A stretch of 64,000 nucleotides of DNA from Octopus sinensis (lineage: Eukaryota). The stretch is taken from NCBI RefSeq assembly GCF_006345805.1, contig NC_043003.1, forward strand, positions 47,492,001 through 47,556,000, given 5' to 3'. The notes under the pieces are model-generated. The model ran no database searches, was not told the DNA's origin, and saw only the letters and a list, made by a program, of their open reading frames with translations. Of this stretch, positions 1 to 12,808 are shown in pieces (the stretch's first letter is position 1; the number at the start of each line of letters is the position of its first letter). The position numbers and the translations under genes were made by a program.

Positions 1-2103
1 CAAGTACTTATTTTGTTGGTTGAAGCAAATGTAATTTAGGTTTTATAATAACGTTTCACTTCTGTCAAGGTTAGGACGTAACCAGATTTAAAAGAAATAG
101 TACGGTCCTTGACTAAATGATTTGCAATAGTTTCATCTAAGGTGGTGAGTTGGCAGAATCATTAGCACACCTGGCTTAGCAGCTGAGATTGATAAAATAA
201 GTACCAGCTGAGCACTGAGGTTGATGTGATCAACTTAACCACCTCCCGTGAAATTATTGGCCTTGTGCTAAAATTTGAAACCAGTATTTAGTTTCATCCT
301 TCTATGAACTAAGTTCAAATCCTGTAGAGGTCACCTTTGCCTTTCAACTCTGGAGCTGGAGACTATCAGTAAAATGTGTCTCAGTTGTAGTTGTCTGATT
401 GCCTAGTTCAAGTACTAGTAGCATAATTTGGTGCAGATAATCAAGTATATTTCCTCTCCTTCAAAACCCACTTTTGTTCCTGGTGAAAAAGATACCAGTA
501 ATTTATTGATTTTAGTTATATTGTTGCATTTTGCCCCAGAACTAACAAAATAGAATAATCTCTCCCACCCACAAACTTTTTATTTTTATGTCATAGTAAT
601 TTTCTTAGGATGTAAAAATCAAATAAAAAAAAATATGTAGAGAGTTCAAGGAGTTTGGATTTTGTCTGGAATTGAAACTGAATTTTAACTCATCAAAAGA
701 TTTCCTCATCTTCTCAAGTGCTCCCTATTTTGACAGCTACATTGATATTTGTTTTGTATGTGCTAGGTCCCAGATAATTAAAATTTTTTTATTAGAAAAA
801 AAACCCAGAATAGTATAAAACACATAAAATCCAGTCTATTACTGGTGCTTATTTCTTGGTATGCAGTGGGATTTGAACTCAAAACACAGAGGAAATATTC
901 TAACACATTTAATTTATTGCTTTACTATGAAAGATGTTACCAATTTCTTACTTTTTGCTGTGTTGATTCAACTTTGGTTTCAAATAATTAATATTTAATA
1001 TTCTAAAATGTGCATTTTTCTTGATTAATCTATCATCTGCCAGACTTTTAGAAGTAAATGTTGCTATTTCAGAGGAGACAGTAAAGTGGGGTGGGTGGAG
1101 TATTTTCTTTTTAATGTTTGAATTAAAAGTGTTGCTTTAATCAATCTGTTATGTATTGTGAAAATGAATCAGACTTTTTGACAAGCAGTGAACTATTCAC
1201 CTTTTTATATTCTTCTCAGATTTAATTTTCATGCAGATATATCAAAAATGTCCAAAATGGAAACATTTCCTTTATAGATTCATATGAATATTACACACAT
1301 ACATCTCCATTATTTTCCATACTAGCATCGCTTGGACTAGGTGTCACAAGCCAGGTCTGTTCTAATTTAGAATAGTGTGTATGTATGTTTGTGTGTGCAT
1401 ACAATGTGCATGTGTAGAAGTCTGACTGTGAACATATTTGTATGTGTTTCATGAATGTATAATTCTCTCTACTTATGTCTTTGTGCATGAGTATGTATAA
1501 TCTGTTTATAAATGTGTGTGTGTGAGTGCATGTCTGCACACATATGTATATGTGAGTGTTTATGTTTAGGTCTTTCATATAATCATTGTTAATGTTCCTG
1601 CCATCATTATTACCATCATTTTTGTGTCCATCTTATGCTTTTTTTTTTACACTTAATGTGAAAGAAGGATCAGTAAACTTGTATAGTAGAGGATATGACA
1701 GGTGATACACAATGGAAGGTTTTAGTTGAAGGTGGTATAGTATCATGATATTTGTGACAAAGAGATAGAGAGAAAAAGAGAGATAGAAATGAAGTGCAAC
1801 AGCTTTTGTCAGTAGAAGAAACAGAGAATGAGAAAAATAACACAACCTGGTGAGTGGCCTATGGTTGTTGTTACACCCTGATTGAGGTGATCTATGTATG
1901 GGAATATTTCAGCTGTGACTGTCTCATTTTTTTTTGCATGTCTGAACACCCCAACCTGTTTTGAGATTTGGCTGCTATTTCTAGTACATCAAGTAACCAT
2001 ATTGTGGATCCCTCAGTGGCCCAATAGTTAAGTAACGGTGATTTGAGGATTGATTGCTGGCAATGCAGTAACCTTTTATTCAGGTACATAACTTTATTTT
2101 CAT

Positions 2104-2447
2104 ATGGTGTAAAAGGTAAAGACTCCCTTCAGTCATGAATGACCATGGGATTGCTCTTAGGAAGTTATCCTCCAAGGTACAAGTTTGAGTGAGGTTGTTT
2201 ATGGAAGACCAGCAGTCGCCCATGCATACCCCTCTCCATGCCACTGATGTTATCCAAGAGAAAGGTAAAGGCCAATACAGCTTGGCACCAGTGACTTGGC
2301 AACTCATTTCTACAACCGAGTGAACTGGAGCAATGTGAAATAAAGTGTCTTACTCAAGAACACAACACACAGCCCTGTCCAGGAATTGAACTCACTACCT
2401 CATGATTGTGAGCCCAACACACTAACCACTGAGCCATGCGCCTTCAC
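2104..2447 (-). mobile_element. tRNA-derived SINE family D
   Basis: Minus head GTGAAGGCGCATGGCTCAGTGGTTAGTGTGTTGGGCTCACAATCATGAGGTAGTGAGTTCAATTCC; related heads at ~41380-41530(-) and ~56045-56150(+). Confidence 0.75.
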
Positions 2448-3409
2448 TTTGTATGGTGTAGTTTTCTGACAAAACATGAACTGGAAAAATCTGTCCGGTA
2501 ATACATTTACATCAGCACACACCTTCTCAACATATAATACTAAGACCCACACTCTTGACAGGAGCTTTCTGGCTAGAATTTGTGGAAAAAAGGAAAAGAT
2601 TTTCAGAGACTGTAACTAGAGGCATCTTAGCTGATGAGATACAGGTTTTTAAAGGCCAAATATGGAAACATCTCATTACTTTTCTCATCTAACATACAGT
2701 GAATCAATTATTGGTTTACTGAAAATCTATAACATTATTGTTCACAAATCTATAACATAACTTTTTTTTAATGGACTGGTAGTTTTTCAGAATTTAGTTC
2801 TCGGAGTGGTTGGCATTAGGAAGGGCATCCAACTGTAGAAACTTTGCCAGATCAGATTGAGCCTGATGCAGCCTCTGGCTTGCCAGTCCTCAATGAAACA
2901 GTCCAACCCATACCAGCATGGAAAGCAGACGTTAAACGATGATGACTGCTCTGTTGTGAATTCAGATCCATCTCAGGCCAATGTTGCTTTCAGTCTTTCC
3001 AGATACAGGAGTGAATACATTTGGATCTATCCAATTCTTACGAATTTTTGCCAGTATCTTTGTTATATACTCATACATACCAGTTTACAGGTAGGAGGAT
3101 GTCTGTTTATATAGGCACTGTACTGTTATACATTATTGGAGGAATTACCATCCTTTATGGACATTAAATATAATTGAATGATGTTTGCTGGGTTATAAAA
3201 ATGCTGTGATCTGGTGGTGGAAGGTAACTGTATAAAATAGAAAAAAGAACCCTAAATACACGGATCCCAAGGAAACTAGTGGTGATTTGCATTGAAAAAA
3301 TTATACAATGTGGAAAAAAAATTTCCCTTTCTTATCAGCTGAATAGTCAATACTAAAACATTAGATGCCTCTCTCCCTACAATCAAACTCTCAAACCTAA
3401 ACTAATAAT

Positions 3410-4076
3410 AATAGCAATCCTTTCTACTATAGGGACACGGTCTAGAATTTTTGGAGAGCAGGCTAGTCAATTACATTGACCCCACTGCTCAGCTGGTACT
3501 TATTTCATTGATCCTGGAAAGACAAAAGGCAAAGTTGATCTCAGTGGAATCTGTACTCAGAATGTAAGGACAGATAAAATGCCACAAAGCATTTTGTTCA
3601 GCATGCTAACAAGCTGCCAGCTCACCTCAATAATAATGATAATGATTTCAAATTTTTGCCACAAGGGCAGTAATTTTGATGAGTCGATTGCATCGACCCC
3701 AGTGTTCAACTGGTACTTACTTTATTGATCCTGAAAGGATGAAAACAAAGTTGACCTCTATTGAATTTGAATTCAGAATGTAGCAATAGATGGAATACTG
3801 CCATGCATTTCACCCAGTTTGCTAACAATTGTGCCAGCTCACCACCTTAATAATAATTATTTCTACTGTAGGCACAAGGCCATGAAATTTTTTGGGGAAG
3901 GGGTCTAGTCAATCACACCAACCCCAGTGCATAACTGGTATGTATTTCATTGACCCTGAAAGGATGAAAGGCAAAGTCAACCTTGGCAGAATTTGAACTC
4001 AGAATGTAGGGTCAGACGAAATACTGCTGAGCATTTTGCCCAGCATGCTAATGATTCTGCCAGCTTGCCACCTTAA
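3410..4076 (-). mobile_element. Three tandem family-A SINE copies
   Basis: Repeated GAAAGGATGAAAGGCAAAGT.GA.CT...ATTTGAACTCAGAATGT units at ~3410-3630, 3650-3850 and 3860-4076, separated by AAT tails. Confidence 0.8.
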
Positions 4077-4386
4077 TTATAAGGATGATGATAATATTAG
4101 TAGTAGTAAGCAAAGAAATATGGTGATCAATTTCTGGCAGCCCCAAAATAAGTGAATTGTAAAAATGATCATTCTTATGGCAGCTCCCATATTTACATAA
4201 ATTTCTCTCCTTGTAAATACAGCTTTATTCAGTTAGTTATAATATAAGTTTTTTCGAGATATTTTATATTGCATGTAGACAATCAATTCTTTTTAATTAA
4301 AGCAAAACCGAAAACAACAACGATAGTAATAATAATAATAATAAAATTCGATGTGATTTTGTGAGTAGGAAGATCAGATCACAAAA

Positions 4387-4482
4387 ATGTTGCTGATGAG
4401 AAGACCTAGGAATGAAGTCGATGGAGTGACATCTCGTAGAAGAGTTATAAATTCACAAGACGGGCTTCTAGGCTTAATAAAT
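4387..4482 (+). CDS. Candidate first coding exon (MLLMRRPRNEVDGVTSRRRVINSQDGLLGLIN), possibly an alternative RUFY start
   Basis: AAAAATG start context, 32 open codons, phase-0 donor AAT|GTAAGG, local CpG retention in an otherwise CpG-poor region. No homology recognised. Confidence 0.3.
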
Positions 4483-4639
4483 GTAAGGGGAGTAACTTTA
4501 TTTCTTTTACATTAAATAAGACATTTTTAATTATGTTATATGATTGTTGTTTGGACTTATGATATCAATAGTTTTGTTGTCTGTAGTCTTTTTCTCTTGT
4601 ATATTCTGTTTATTGTTGCTTAGCATAGGCCATCCCATT

Positions 4640-4674
<35 letters not shown>

Positions 4675-4675
4675 A

Positions 4676-4861
4676 CATGAAATTAAATATATGCCCAGTC
4701 ATAGAGAGACCAATGGCATCACATCCATAAAGTGCCTAGTTTTATAGATGACTTATCAGACTCCAAGGCATTGGAGTCTGACAAATCGTCTATAAAGCTA
4801 AGTGCTTTATGTATGTAAAACCACTGGTCACTCTGCGGCTGGACATATATTTAGCTTCATG
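4676..4861. repeat. Long imperfect palindrome, 91-bp arms, 4-nt loop
   Basis: Arms 4676-4766 and 4771-4861, loop GGCA; about 72/91 Watson-Crick pairs by eye. Confidence 0.9.
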
Positions 4862-4927
4862 CAAATACATTACCGCTCTAACTTTTAGAGTGTGCTTCTT
4901 TTTTTTTTTTATATAAGATCCAGATGA

Positions 4928-4964
<37 letters not shown>

Positions 4965-5774
4965 GCCCAGCCCTATATATTTCTGCTTCAAGGTTTTAAG
5001 GCAATAGCTTGTAAAATCGGTAATGTCAGACAGAACATATTTTGGTAGTTGCCTCCCTTCTCACTTTTCACTCTTTAACTTTTCCACTTTTCAAACTGTT
5101 GTGGATTTGTATTTATTCCTCAAAAATTATTGAAATAATTATCAGTCTTGTATTTCTATCAAATTAAAGTGCTCTGGCTTCCCCTTCTGCACCTTCAAAA
5201 ATTTTTTATAGTGTTCCATCACAAGTTATAATTTAGATGGATTCTCTCTGCCAACAGAAGGGCAGCTAAATTGTTTGGAGGGCAATAAGGCTCTTTGATG
5301 GCGATTACATGGAACCAAGGATCATATTTATGTTGTATTTTCTTTTAGAGTGTGTTATAGTCTATAGTTATTTTGTTTTCAATGGTAGAAAAAGATATCA
5401 AGTTGCTGACAGGCTGAGTTCACAAACCATTTTTAATACTAGCACAATCTATTCAACACACCTGAGCTGATAATGCTTTGAAAAGGGCATAATTATTACA
5501 CAATCTCATTTACTTATGCCTCCCATAATCTTTAACCTTGTTTCTCTAAGGAATTTTATTTCATTTATCCATTTATATTTTGACCAGTCATTCAATTGTT
5601 GGGAATAAATAAAATTCTTGTGTTCTCCTAGCTTTCTTTTAATTGCATAATTCTTTTGCTGTCCTTCCTAGTTCCTATTATGAAGTGTTCAGTTGGTGTC
5701 ATTGTGTCTTTTGGAGTTGTATTCTTTGTCTGTGAGTAGTGGAAAGTTTAAAATTTGTTCATAGATTGTTTCAT

Positions 5775-6006
5775 ATTTCTTTATTGCCCACAAGGAGCTA
5801 AACATAGAGAGGACAAACAAGGACAGACAAAGAGATTAAGTCGATTACATCAACTCCTGTGCGTAACTGGTACTTATTCAATCGACCCTGAAAGGATGAA
5901 AGGCTAAGTCGACCTCGGCGCAATTTGAACTCAGAACGTAGCGTCAGACGAAATACCACTAAGCATTTCGCCTGGCGTGCTAACGTTTCTGCCAGCTCGC
6001 GGCCTT
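5775..6006 (-). mobile_element. Octopus SINE family A, young copy
   Basis: Minus strand GGCAGAAACGTTAGCACGCC...GTTCTGAGTTCAAATT...GAGGTCGACTTAGCCTTTCATCCTTTCAGGGTCGATTGAATAAGTACCAG with CpGs retained; over 20 decayed copies across the window. Confidence 0.85.
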
Positions 6007-6929
6007 CATTGATAACTCATAGATAGTTTCTAACATCAACATTACTCAAGCGTAGATGGTTTTAGTAAATGGGCTGTATCTTTTTACTCCACTCTTAGTA
6101 TTTAACTGGTACTTATTTTGTCAATAAGAAAATAAACAAAGTTAACCATGACAGATAAGAAAATAAATAAAGTTAACTATGACAGATTTGAAATCAGAAT
6201 ACAATGCACTGCCCAAGGCTGGTGTATGATAAAGATAAATCTAGATCTGGAATGATGGAATCCCTCACCCTGTACAAATACACCAATAATTATAGTCCTT
6301 AAATATCAGAATTCTCTAGTAATTTATTTTTATTATCAATCAATAATAAATAAATAATTGATAATAAATTTTTATTATCAGTCAATCAATAATTGATTAT
6401 TTTTCATTTTAGAATATAGTCAGTTTTCTTCCTTGTCCTACAAATCAGTATCAGAATGCTTCTACAATCTATTTAGCATGAGTTTTTAATTTTTCATTCT
6501 TCTATGAATATGGTTTAGATTCTGCCAGCAAAAATCTGAAATAAATCCAGAATATAAATTCTTTACAACATGAATCAGTTGAGAAATGAGTTAATCTCTC
6601 CCTAGATAAGATGGTTTATCAGCAGTAGCATTCCCACAGGACTTGGTATCTACTCATGATAGCTAAGTGGGCTGATGCAATGTAAAACAATGTATTTATC
6701 ATCATCATTCATTGTTTTAGCATCCATTTTACTATGTTTGCATGGCTCAGAGTTTATTGAGACAGATCTTCCTGTTACAGCCTTCACTTGTTTCCAAGTA
6801 AGGTAATAATTTCTCCTTTGCTGTAAAATATTAGAAATGCATGATGCTGCTTGTATGACAGTGACAATTATTTACAAATATCCTATAATATCAAGACAAG
6901 AAGCCATAAACATCTGTGCATGCACCCCG

Positions 6930-6960
<31 letters not shown>

Positions 6961-7429
6961 ATGGGCTTCTTTCAGTTTCTGTCTACCTAATCTGTTCACT
7001 AGCTTTTAAGCGACCTGGAGCTATAGTAAAAGACACTTGCCCAAGGTTCCACATAATGAGACTGAACCTAAAACCATATGACTTGGAAGCAAACTTCTTT
7101 GCCATATCTGCACCTATGTATTCTGTATAGAAAACCAATAAACTGACTGCAACAGATTTGAAACTCTTGATCTTCACACAGGGAGTCCAGTATCTTATCC
7201 ACTCAGCCATCTCACCTCTACATTTTCCTGTGTATCTTTCAATTTTTTATGTTTATCCGTATGACTGGTCTCGTTCTAATGTTTGTTTTACTTTCCTTCC
7301 TAGTTTTTACATCAATGGGTACAAATATGTTCTGGCAGACATATCAAATAAAGTTGCAGTTGGCATGGAACTTTTCAAATAATGTTCAATGAACGTTTTA
7401 GAACAATTCTATAAAAACAAAACTAGCTA

Positions 7430-7575
7430 AGAGTGTGTATGTGCACACACACACGTTCACACACATACATGCTCACACACACACACGTTCACACACATAC
7501 ATGCTCACACACACACACATTCACACACACAAACACACATACGTATGTTCACACACACACACACCACGTTTACAC

Positions 7576-7616
<41 letters not shown>

Positions 7617-7660
7617 CTCTCTCTTTTTCTCTCTCTCACTCATTCATTCACTCACTCATA
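7430..7660. repeat. Compound (CA)n/(CT)n microsatellite
   Basis: Direct reading. Confidence 0.95.
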
Positions 7661-8229
7661 ATTGTGTATTTTTCCTTTCATTGATTTTCTTTTTCTTTTC
7701 AAGAAACATCTTAATTTCCTTATAAATATATGCTGTTTTTAGGATTTTTGATGCCTCTATCTGCTGCCCCAGTAGGTCACAGACTTTTAGATCACATTTT
7801 ACCCATATTTGTTGTTTATCCAAAATCTGTGCTGATCCATTAGGCCTACGGATAAAGACATTCCAGCTGTGATTTTAGCATCTGTTTGAAATTTATCTCA
7901 TGAAATCTCACTACTGAACTCATAACTAAACTTATGCATCTGTCAAACTCATAAGAAGTTTACTTTCACTCTCAGCCTACCTGAGATCCCACTATATTTT
8001 CAATGCAGTCATAGTTAGCAATGAGTACACCTTCCTTTTCTGCATGTGATATAATATACAATGAACTTATTGTATACAGTGCTCAGGTGTACAACAGCTC
8101 ATCAGAAAAAGTAACCAAAACTGCACGAACAGTACATAGAATATGCACAGGAAGAGAACAGTGAATAAGTCTTTAAAACAAAAAAAGAAAGAGGAATAAG
8201 AAATGGGAATGGGCGGGGGGCATCAGGTG

Positions 8230-8395
8230 AATTTCAGGAAGCATGGACCGCTTTTCAATAATAGTAGTAGTGTTTTGTCTTCTTTCCTCCTAAGTAAAAT
8301 TTTGAGGCTTCTTAATTCTAGGTTTTGCTTCCTAGTTTTGAATTTCTTTTCAAAATCTTCAACTGATTTAACTATGAGAAGGAAGTCACTGTCTT
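8230..8395 (-). mobile_element. RTE-X-like RT fragment
   Basis: Minus DFLLIVKSVEDFEKKFKTRKQNLELRSLKI resembles DDL.LIAES..EL..KF..WK..LE..GL.VN. Confidence 0.45.
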
Positions 8396-9939
8396 ACATG
8401 ATTTTTTTTCCCCCACAGATAACCAGTGTTAAACGATTTTATTTGGTCTTTAGGACCATAATAAATGTTAAACCCAAAGCCATGTGGCTGAGAAGCTAAT
8501 ACCTTAACCACACAGCCATACCTGTGTGTGTATGTTCGTCTATCTCTTTGTGTATCTATGTATTAGCCAAATGCTATGATTTGGAACTTTGTGCCAACTT
8601 GGATGCTGGTCGCTTCAGTTTCTCTGGCATACTTATGTGTTGTTTTCTAAGAGATGCATGGAAAAGCAACATTTTAATGCGAATCACATTCTTGAATATT
8701 CACATCCACACACAATTGTACACCCATCTTTCACACACACTTAAATACATACTCATTTGAAATATAGAAATAAATACCAATTAAATAAAGAAGCCAGGAC
8801 TCCAAAGATGGCAGAGTATTGAATATTTTATTCCACAAAACATTGTCTGAGATTATCAAAGGTACAGACATTAAGCTGATGCACAATTAATTGGCGAGTT
8901 AATTAGTTGATGAATTAATTATACATTAAAGTGGACATGTTTCAGACGGGATTTTTTTCATTTTTTACTCTCCCTTTTTTAATATTTGTATTTTTTCTTT
9001 TTTCTGTTTTGTGTAACCACTCCCACCACCCATGTGAAGGACCAAACACCACACGAGAGTCATCAGTCTCGTTCATTGCAGTTATCGTTCTCATCATCAT
9101 CATTGTTGTTGTCATCATCATTGTCATTGGTCTTGGTGTTTGTCGGAAGGGATATCTTTGCCAGTCAGGATTTCTCTCCAAAGTATATGCTATCTGCAAT
9201 AATACAAATATGATAATGATCAATAAAAGTAGTAGTAGTAGTAATAATAATAATAATAATAATAATAATGATATCTAACATTGTCACAGAACCACACATT
9301 TTTGAGGAAGTGTACTTGATTAGATTCTGGGATTTATATGGTAAATATCAGCGAAATACTGGTATTTATTTTATCAACTCCAGAAGGATAAGAAATAATA
9401 ATAATGATAATAGTTGTTTCTAATTTAGATACATAGCCAGCAATTCTGTGGGGAGGAGTTAGCCAATTTCATCAACCTCAGTATAACAAACACCACGAAT
9501 GTTGAGTTTTGTATAGTCTAGAGGATATTTTTGTAAATAGCTTGTCTTGTCAGTGTTTTTGTGCATTTGTTTTTCCATGCTGGCATGGGTTGGACAAGAT
9601 TTTTTGAGGCAGTGTTTTGCAGCTGAACATCCTTTGAAATGCCAACCCTTTTAGTCACCTCTAACAACATGCAGCGATATGATATACCTCTTCTAAAGAC
9701 TAGAATATATAGTTGATAAATATTATTATTATCACATAGTCATTCTTATTCTTTAGTAAGTTCATTTCTAAACAAAATATAGTATTATAGTAAGGTATTA
9801 ATAACATAATCTGAGTATTGTTAAATTTAACTTTATATGGTTATTGTAACCCTGAGATATTTCAATTCTGTTATTTACTAATAATTACAATTATTATATT
9901 TTTATGTATAGTTATCGGAAACTCACACTCAAATAATAT

Positions 9940-10173
9940 ACATGTTGAGATTGAAGTGTTTATTCTATAACATGAGTATAAATAGATTAATAGGGTTATA
10001 CTGAAATATTTGTCTGACATTTATTGATTTTAATAACAATGCGTAATGTCTTTGAAACTGTAATATCAGTGTAACCATGGTGCCATTTAGAAATTCAGTA
10101 TTAAAGTTGAACATAGAAAGAACGTTAGAAAAATGATGTAAATACAGAGTCTAGAGAACATTTTGTAAAATGT
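9940..10173 (-). other. GnRH: Putative last (3'UTR-only) exon of GnRH with poly(A) signals
   Basis: Donor TGA-AAG|GTAAAG at 10812/10811; strong acceptor ATTTCTCATTTCTACAG| at 10174/10173; AATAAA on minus strand at 10020-10025 and 9959-9964. The 3' end is approximate. Confidence 0.55.
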
Positions 10174-10814
10174 CTGTAGAAATGAGAAATTTATTTTATT
10201 TAATTTATTTTATTTAATTTTATTTTAAGGTAATAAATATTTTCTATTGAAAATTAGTATTCATTTCATAACTTAGTGTAAGCACCATGATATTTGATAA
10301 AAGTTAAATTATGGTTATTGTACATATACCATATTCCCTAATATTACCCATGGTGGCTAAAATATACTTCTTATTTTTATATTTGTGAAAAATATATGTT
10401 ACTATTTTTCTAACTTTTATCAACATGGACACAATGTACTACTTTGAAAACCTGTCTCATCAAAATTTGAATTCCTCCTATAACTGTTCTGTCATTTACT
10501 CTCTCTCCCTGCTCTTCTGTCTATATGATTCAGTCTCTCTTACTGTGTGGAATGTTCCTTTATTCATTGCCTGCTACCAAGCCTAGTATGTGCACTTCTT
10601 GTCTTAACTCTCTCTGTATCTTTCCCTCTCACTTAAAGTGTGACTGTAGAACTCAACCAACCAGTGTTTATATTAGCTATTATTCTATAGAGATTGTTAT
10701 ATCCAAAACAAAATGTCTTTTTTTTTTTTCTAGTTACAATGCATCTTTAAAAGAAAAAAAAGATCTTTCAATTATCAATTTTGCTATGCAGAAATAATAT
10801 CCAAACTTTACCTT

Positions 10815-10877
10815 TCATAGGTCTGCAATCTCATTGACCGGCCCGGTACATGTTGTGATAATACGGTTAATCTCTTC
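10815..10877 (-). CDS. GnRH: GnRH precursor, second coding exon (EEINRIITTCTGPVNEIADL-stop)
   Basis: Acceptor TTACTTCTTTCAG|GAA at 10878/10877, 20 codons plus TGA (10815-10817). Phase 0 fits the upstream exon and completes the known 89-aa precursor. Intron 10878-12232 (1355 bp). Confidence 0.96.
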   Translation of the reverse strand, partial: EEINRIITTCTGPVNEIADL

Positions 10878-12232
10878 CTGAAAGAAGTAAACAATATTAA
10901 ACAATATTGAATGTAAATATGCATGTTAAGCTGGAACAAACGGGTTTAATTTAAAAACTACTGAGTGAGAATCAAAACTGAGCAGCTAGTAGGAACTCAC
11001 CAGATATTCACCCAGTATTCACTGTTTATTCTCTTTTATGTATGTCATTTGTATCTGCAAGCTTACTTGAATTTAAATATGTATATGCAAACATGTAATG
11101 CATAAGTGCAAATATGTATATGCAAACACATAGCTTTAACCACCCAACATATGTGTGCGCTAAAAAGGGGCCCTCTTCTTCATGGTCATTCAAATTGCTA
11201 GAAATCTAAATTTTCATCAAATCACACTATATTGTTTTTTAAAAAAGGATGACACATTGTATAATGCAGTCTTAGATACACATGATACCAGAAGAAAATC
11301 TTTGATGGAACATTGGTCAGATAATAAAAAGTTGACTCTGAACATCAACAACAACAACAATTTATAAATATACATTTTTTTCATTCAATTCAATTCTAGT
11401 CATATAATAAATTTAATGAAACTAAATTTTATTATTTTACACCCAGTTCATCATGTTTCTATATACCTGGGTGGTATCAGTTAATTTTACAGCTGGCTAT
11501 GTACCTCTCAAATTCCTTTCACCAAAGTATGTGTTGCTGTTCCTAACCACTCCAGTTTATCTTTACTTTCTTTCCTTTTTATTTTTGACTACTTACCCTC
11601 CTGACACCCTTGAACCATATCAGGAGAGACGTAGCTGTTACAATCATAGTGAAGGCAACCTGTCTACAATCTTGGTTGCTCTAAGTTGCAAATGAGGGCC
11701 CTGAATCCAAGTTAGCATCTGTAGTGCTGTACTGCAATAAGACACAATGACTTTTTTTCCTTTGATGGGAGGTGTAGGCCTAATATGTTGCCTAACTTAT
11801 CACCATTCCCTGGCAGAGTTATGTTTAGCTCACATGCACAACAAAATGCTTCATAACATTAACAGTTTACACTCAAAGCCGTTTAGTCAATAGTGTAGCA
11901 CTTAAACTGTACAGCCATTGATTTTTAAACACTTGCTTTAGAATATAGATTGTTATGTATTATAGATTTTGTATAATAATCTGATAAAATACATATCTTT
12001 TAGGCTATACTGAATTTTCAACCAAAATTTGACATTGTATATAAATTAAGTTTTGTTGGTTCTAAAATAAAGCTGTTACAGAAGTAAGTTATCTAAAAAT
12101 TTGTAACTCCCTGCCTCCCAAACAAATCTTTCAGGGACTATCCACATTAGCAAGGTTTTAAAAGCTGTAAAGATATATTGAAATGGACAACAAATGACAA
12201 AAAGAAAATTATGAAGAATATGCCAAACTTAC

Positions 12233-12439
12233 ATCTAAAATTTTTTCTATCAAAGCCTTTGTTTGTTGTCTGAAGTGACACTGAATGTCTGAGAGTGCAC
12301 TGCGTTTACCTCCGGGGTGCCATCCATTGCTAAAGTGGTAGTTTTGTGCTTGAGTCTGCAGACACAAAGATAGCAGCAACATGGAGAATATGAAGAAAGC
12401 CATTTTTCTGGAGCTGGTTGTTGATGCAGTAGCTGACAT
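12233..12439 (-). CDS. GnRH: Octopus GnRH (corazonin/GnRH-type neuropeptide) precursor, first coding exon: signal peptide, mature peptide, GKR site and N-terminal part of associated peptide
   Basis: 69 codons: MSATASTTSSRKMAFFIFSMLLLSLCLQTQA-QNYHFSNGWHPG-GKR-SALSDIQCHFRQQTKALIEKILD. Ends at a phase-0 donor GAT|GTAAGT (intron starts 12232). Upstream acceptor TTATTTCAG| puts the exon start at 12474 (35 nt of 5'UTR). Matches the known oct-GnRH precursor from memory. Confidence 0.98.
12311..12346 (-). other. GnRH: Mature peptide coding segment pQNYHFSNGWHPG-NH2
   Basis: N-terminal Gln directly after signal peptide (pyroglutamate), followed by amide-donor Gly and dibasic KR (12302-12310). Confidence 0.95.
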
Positions 12440-12808
12440 AATGACGTTTGCTGGTAGAATTGGATAAGTTAGATCTGAAATAAACAGCAGAAAGCCTGAG
12501 AGGAAGTTTTTATGAAATGATGTAAGATAGCAATACATGTTTTCAAGAGAGAATCTCAGCACTTTGCTGCGGTGACAAATATTGGGAACCGATTCATCCA
12601 TTTTTACATTTTGCACTCAAATTCCCACAAGGTTGACTTTGCCTTTCATCCTTTGAAAGGTCAATAAAATAAATACCGATTGAGCACTGGTGTCATTGTA
12701 ATCAACTAGCCTTGTTCCTTGAACTTGCTGACTTTGTGCCAAAATTTGAAACCGTTATTACACAATAGATTTAATGTTTCACTTTGACTACTGATTACAA
12801 TAAATGTG

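Noticed and set aside
12440-12616. N-terminal 59-codon extension of the 135-aa ORF containing GnRH
   Set aside because: It runs through a clear acceptor (12475-12477) into intron and SINE sequence. The known precursor starts at 12439, and the ORF's tail VSLAYSS is read-through of the donor.
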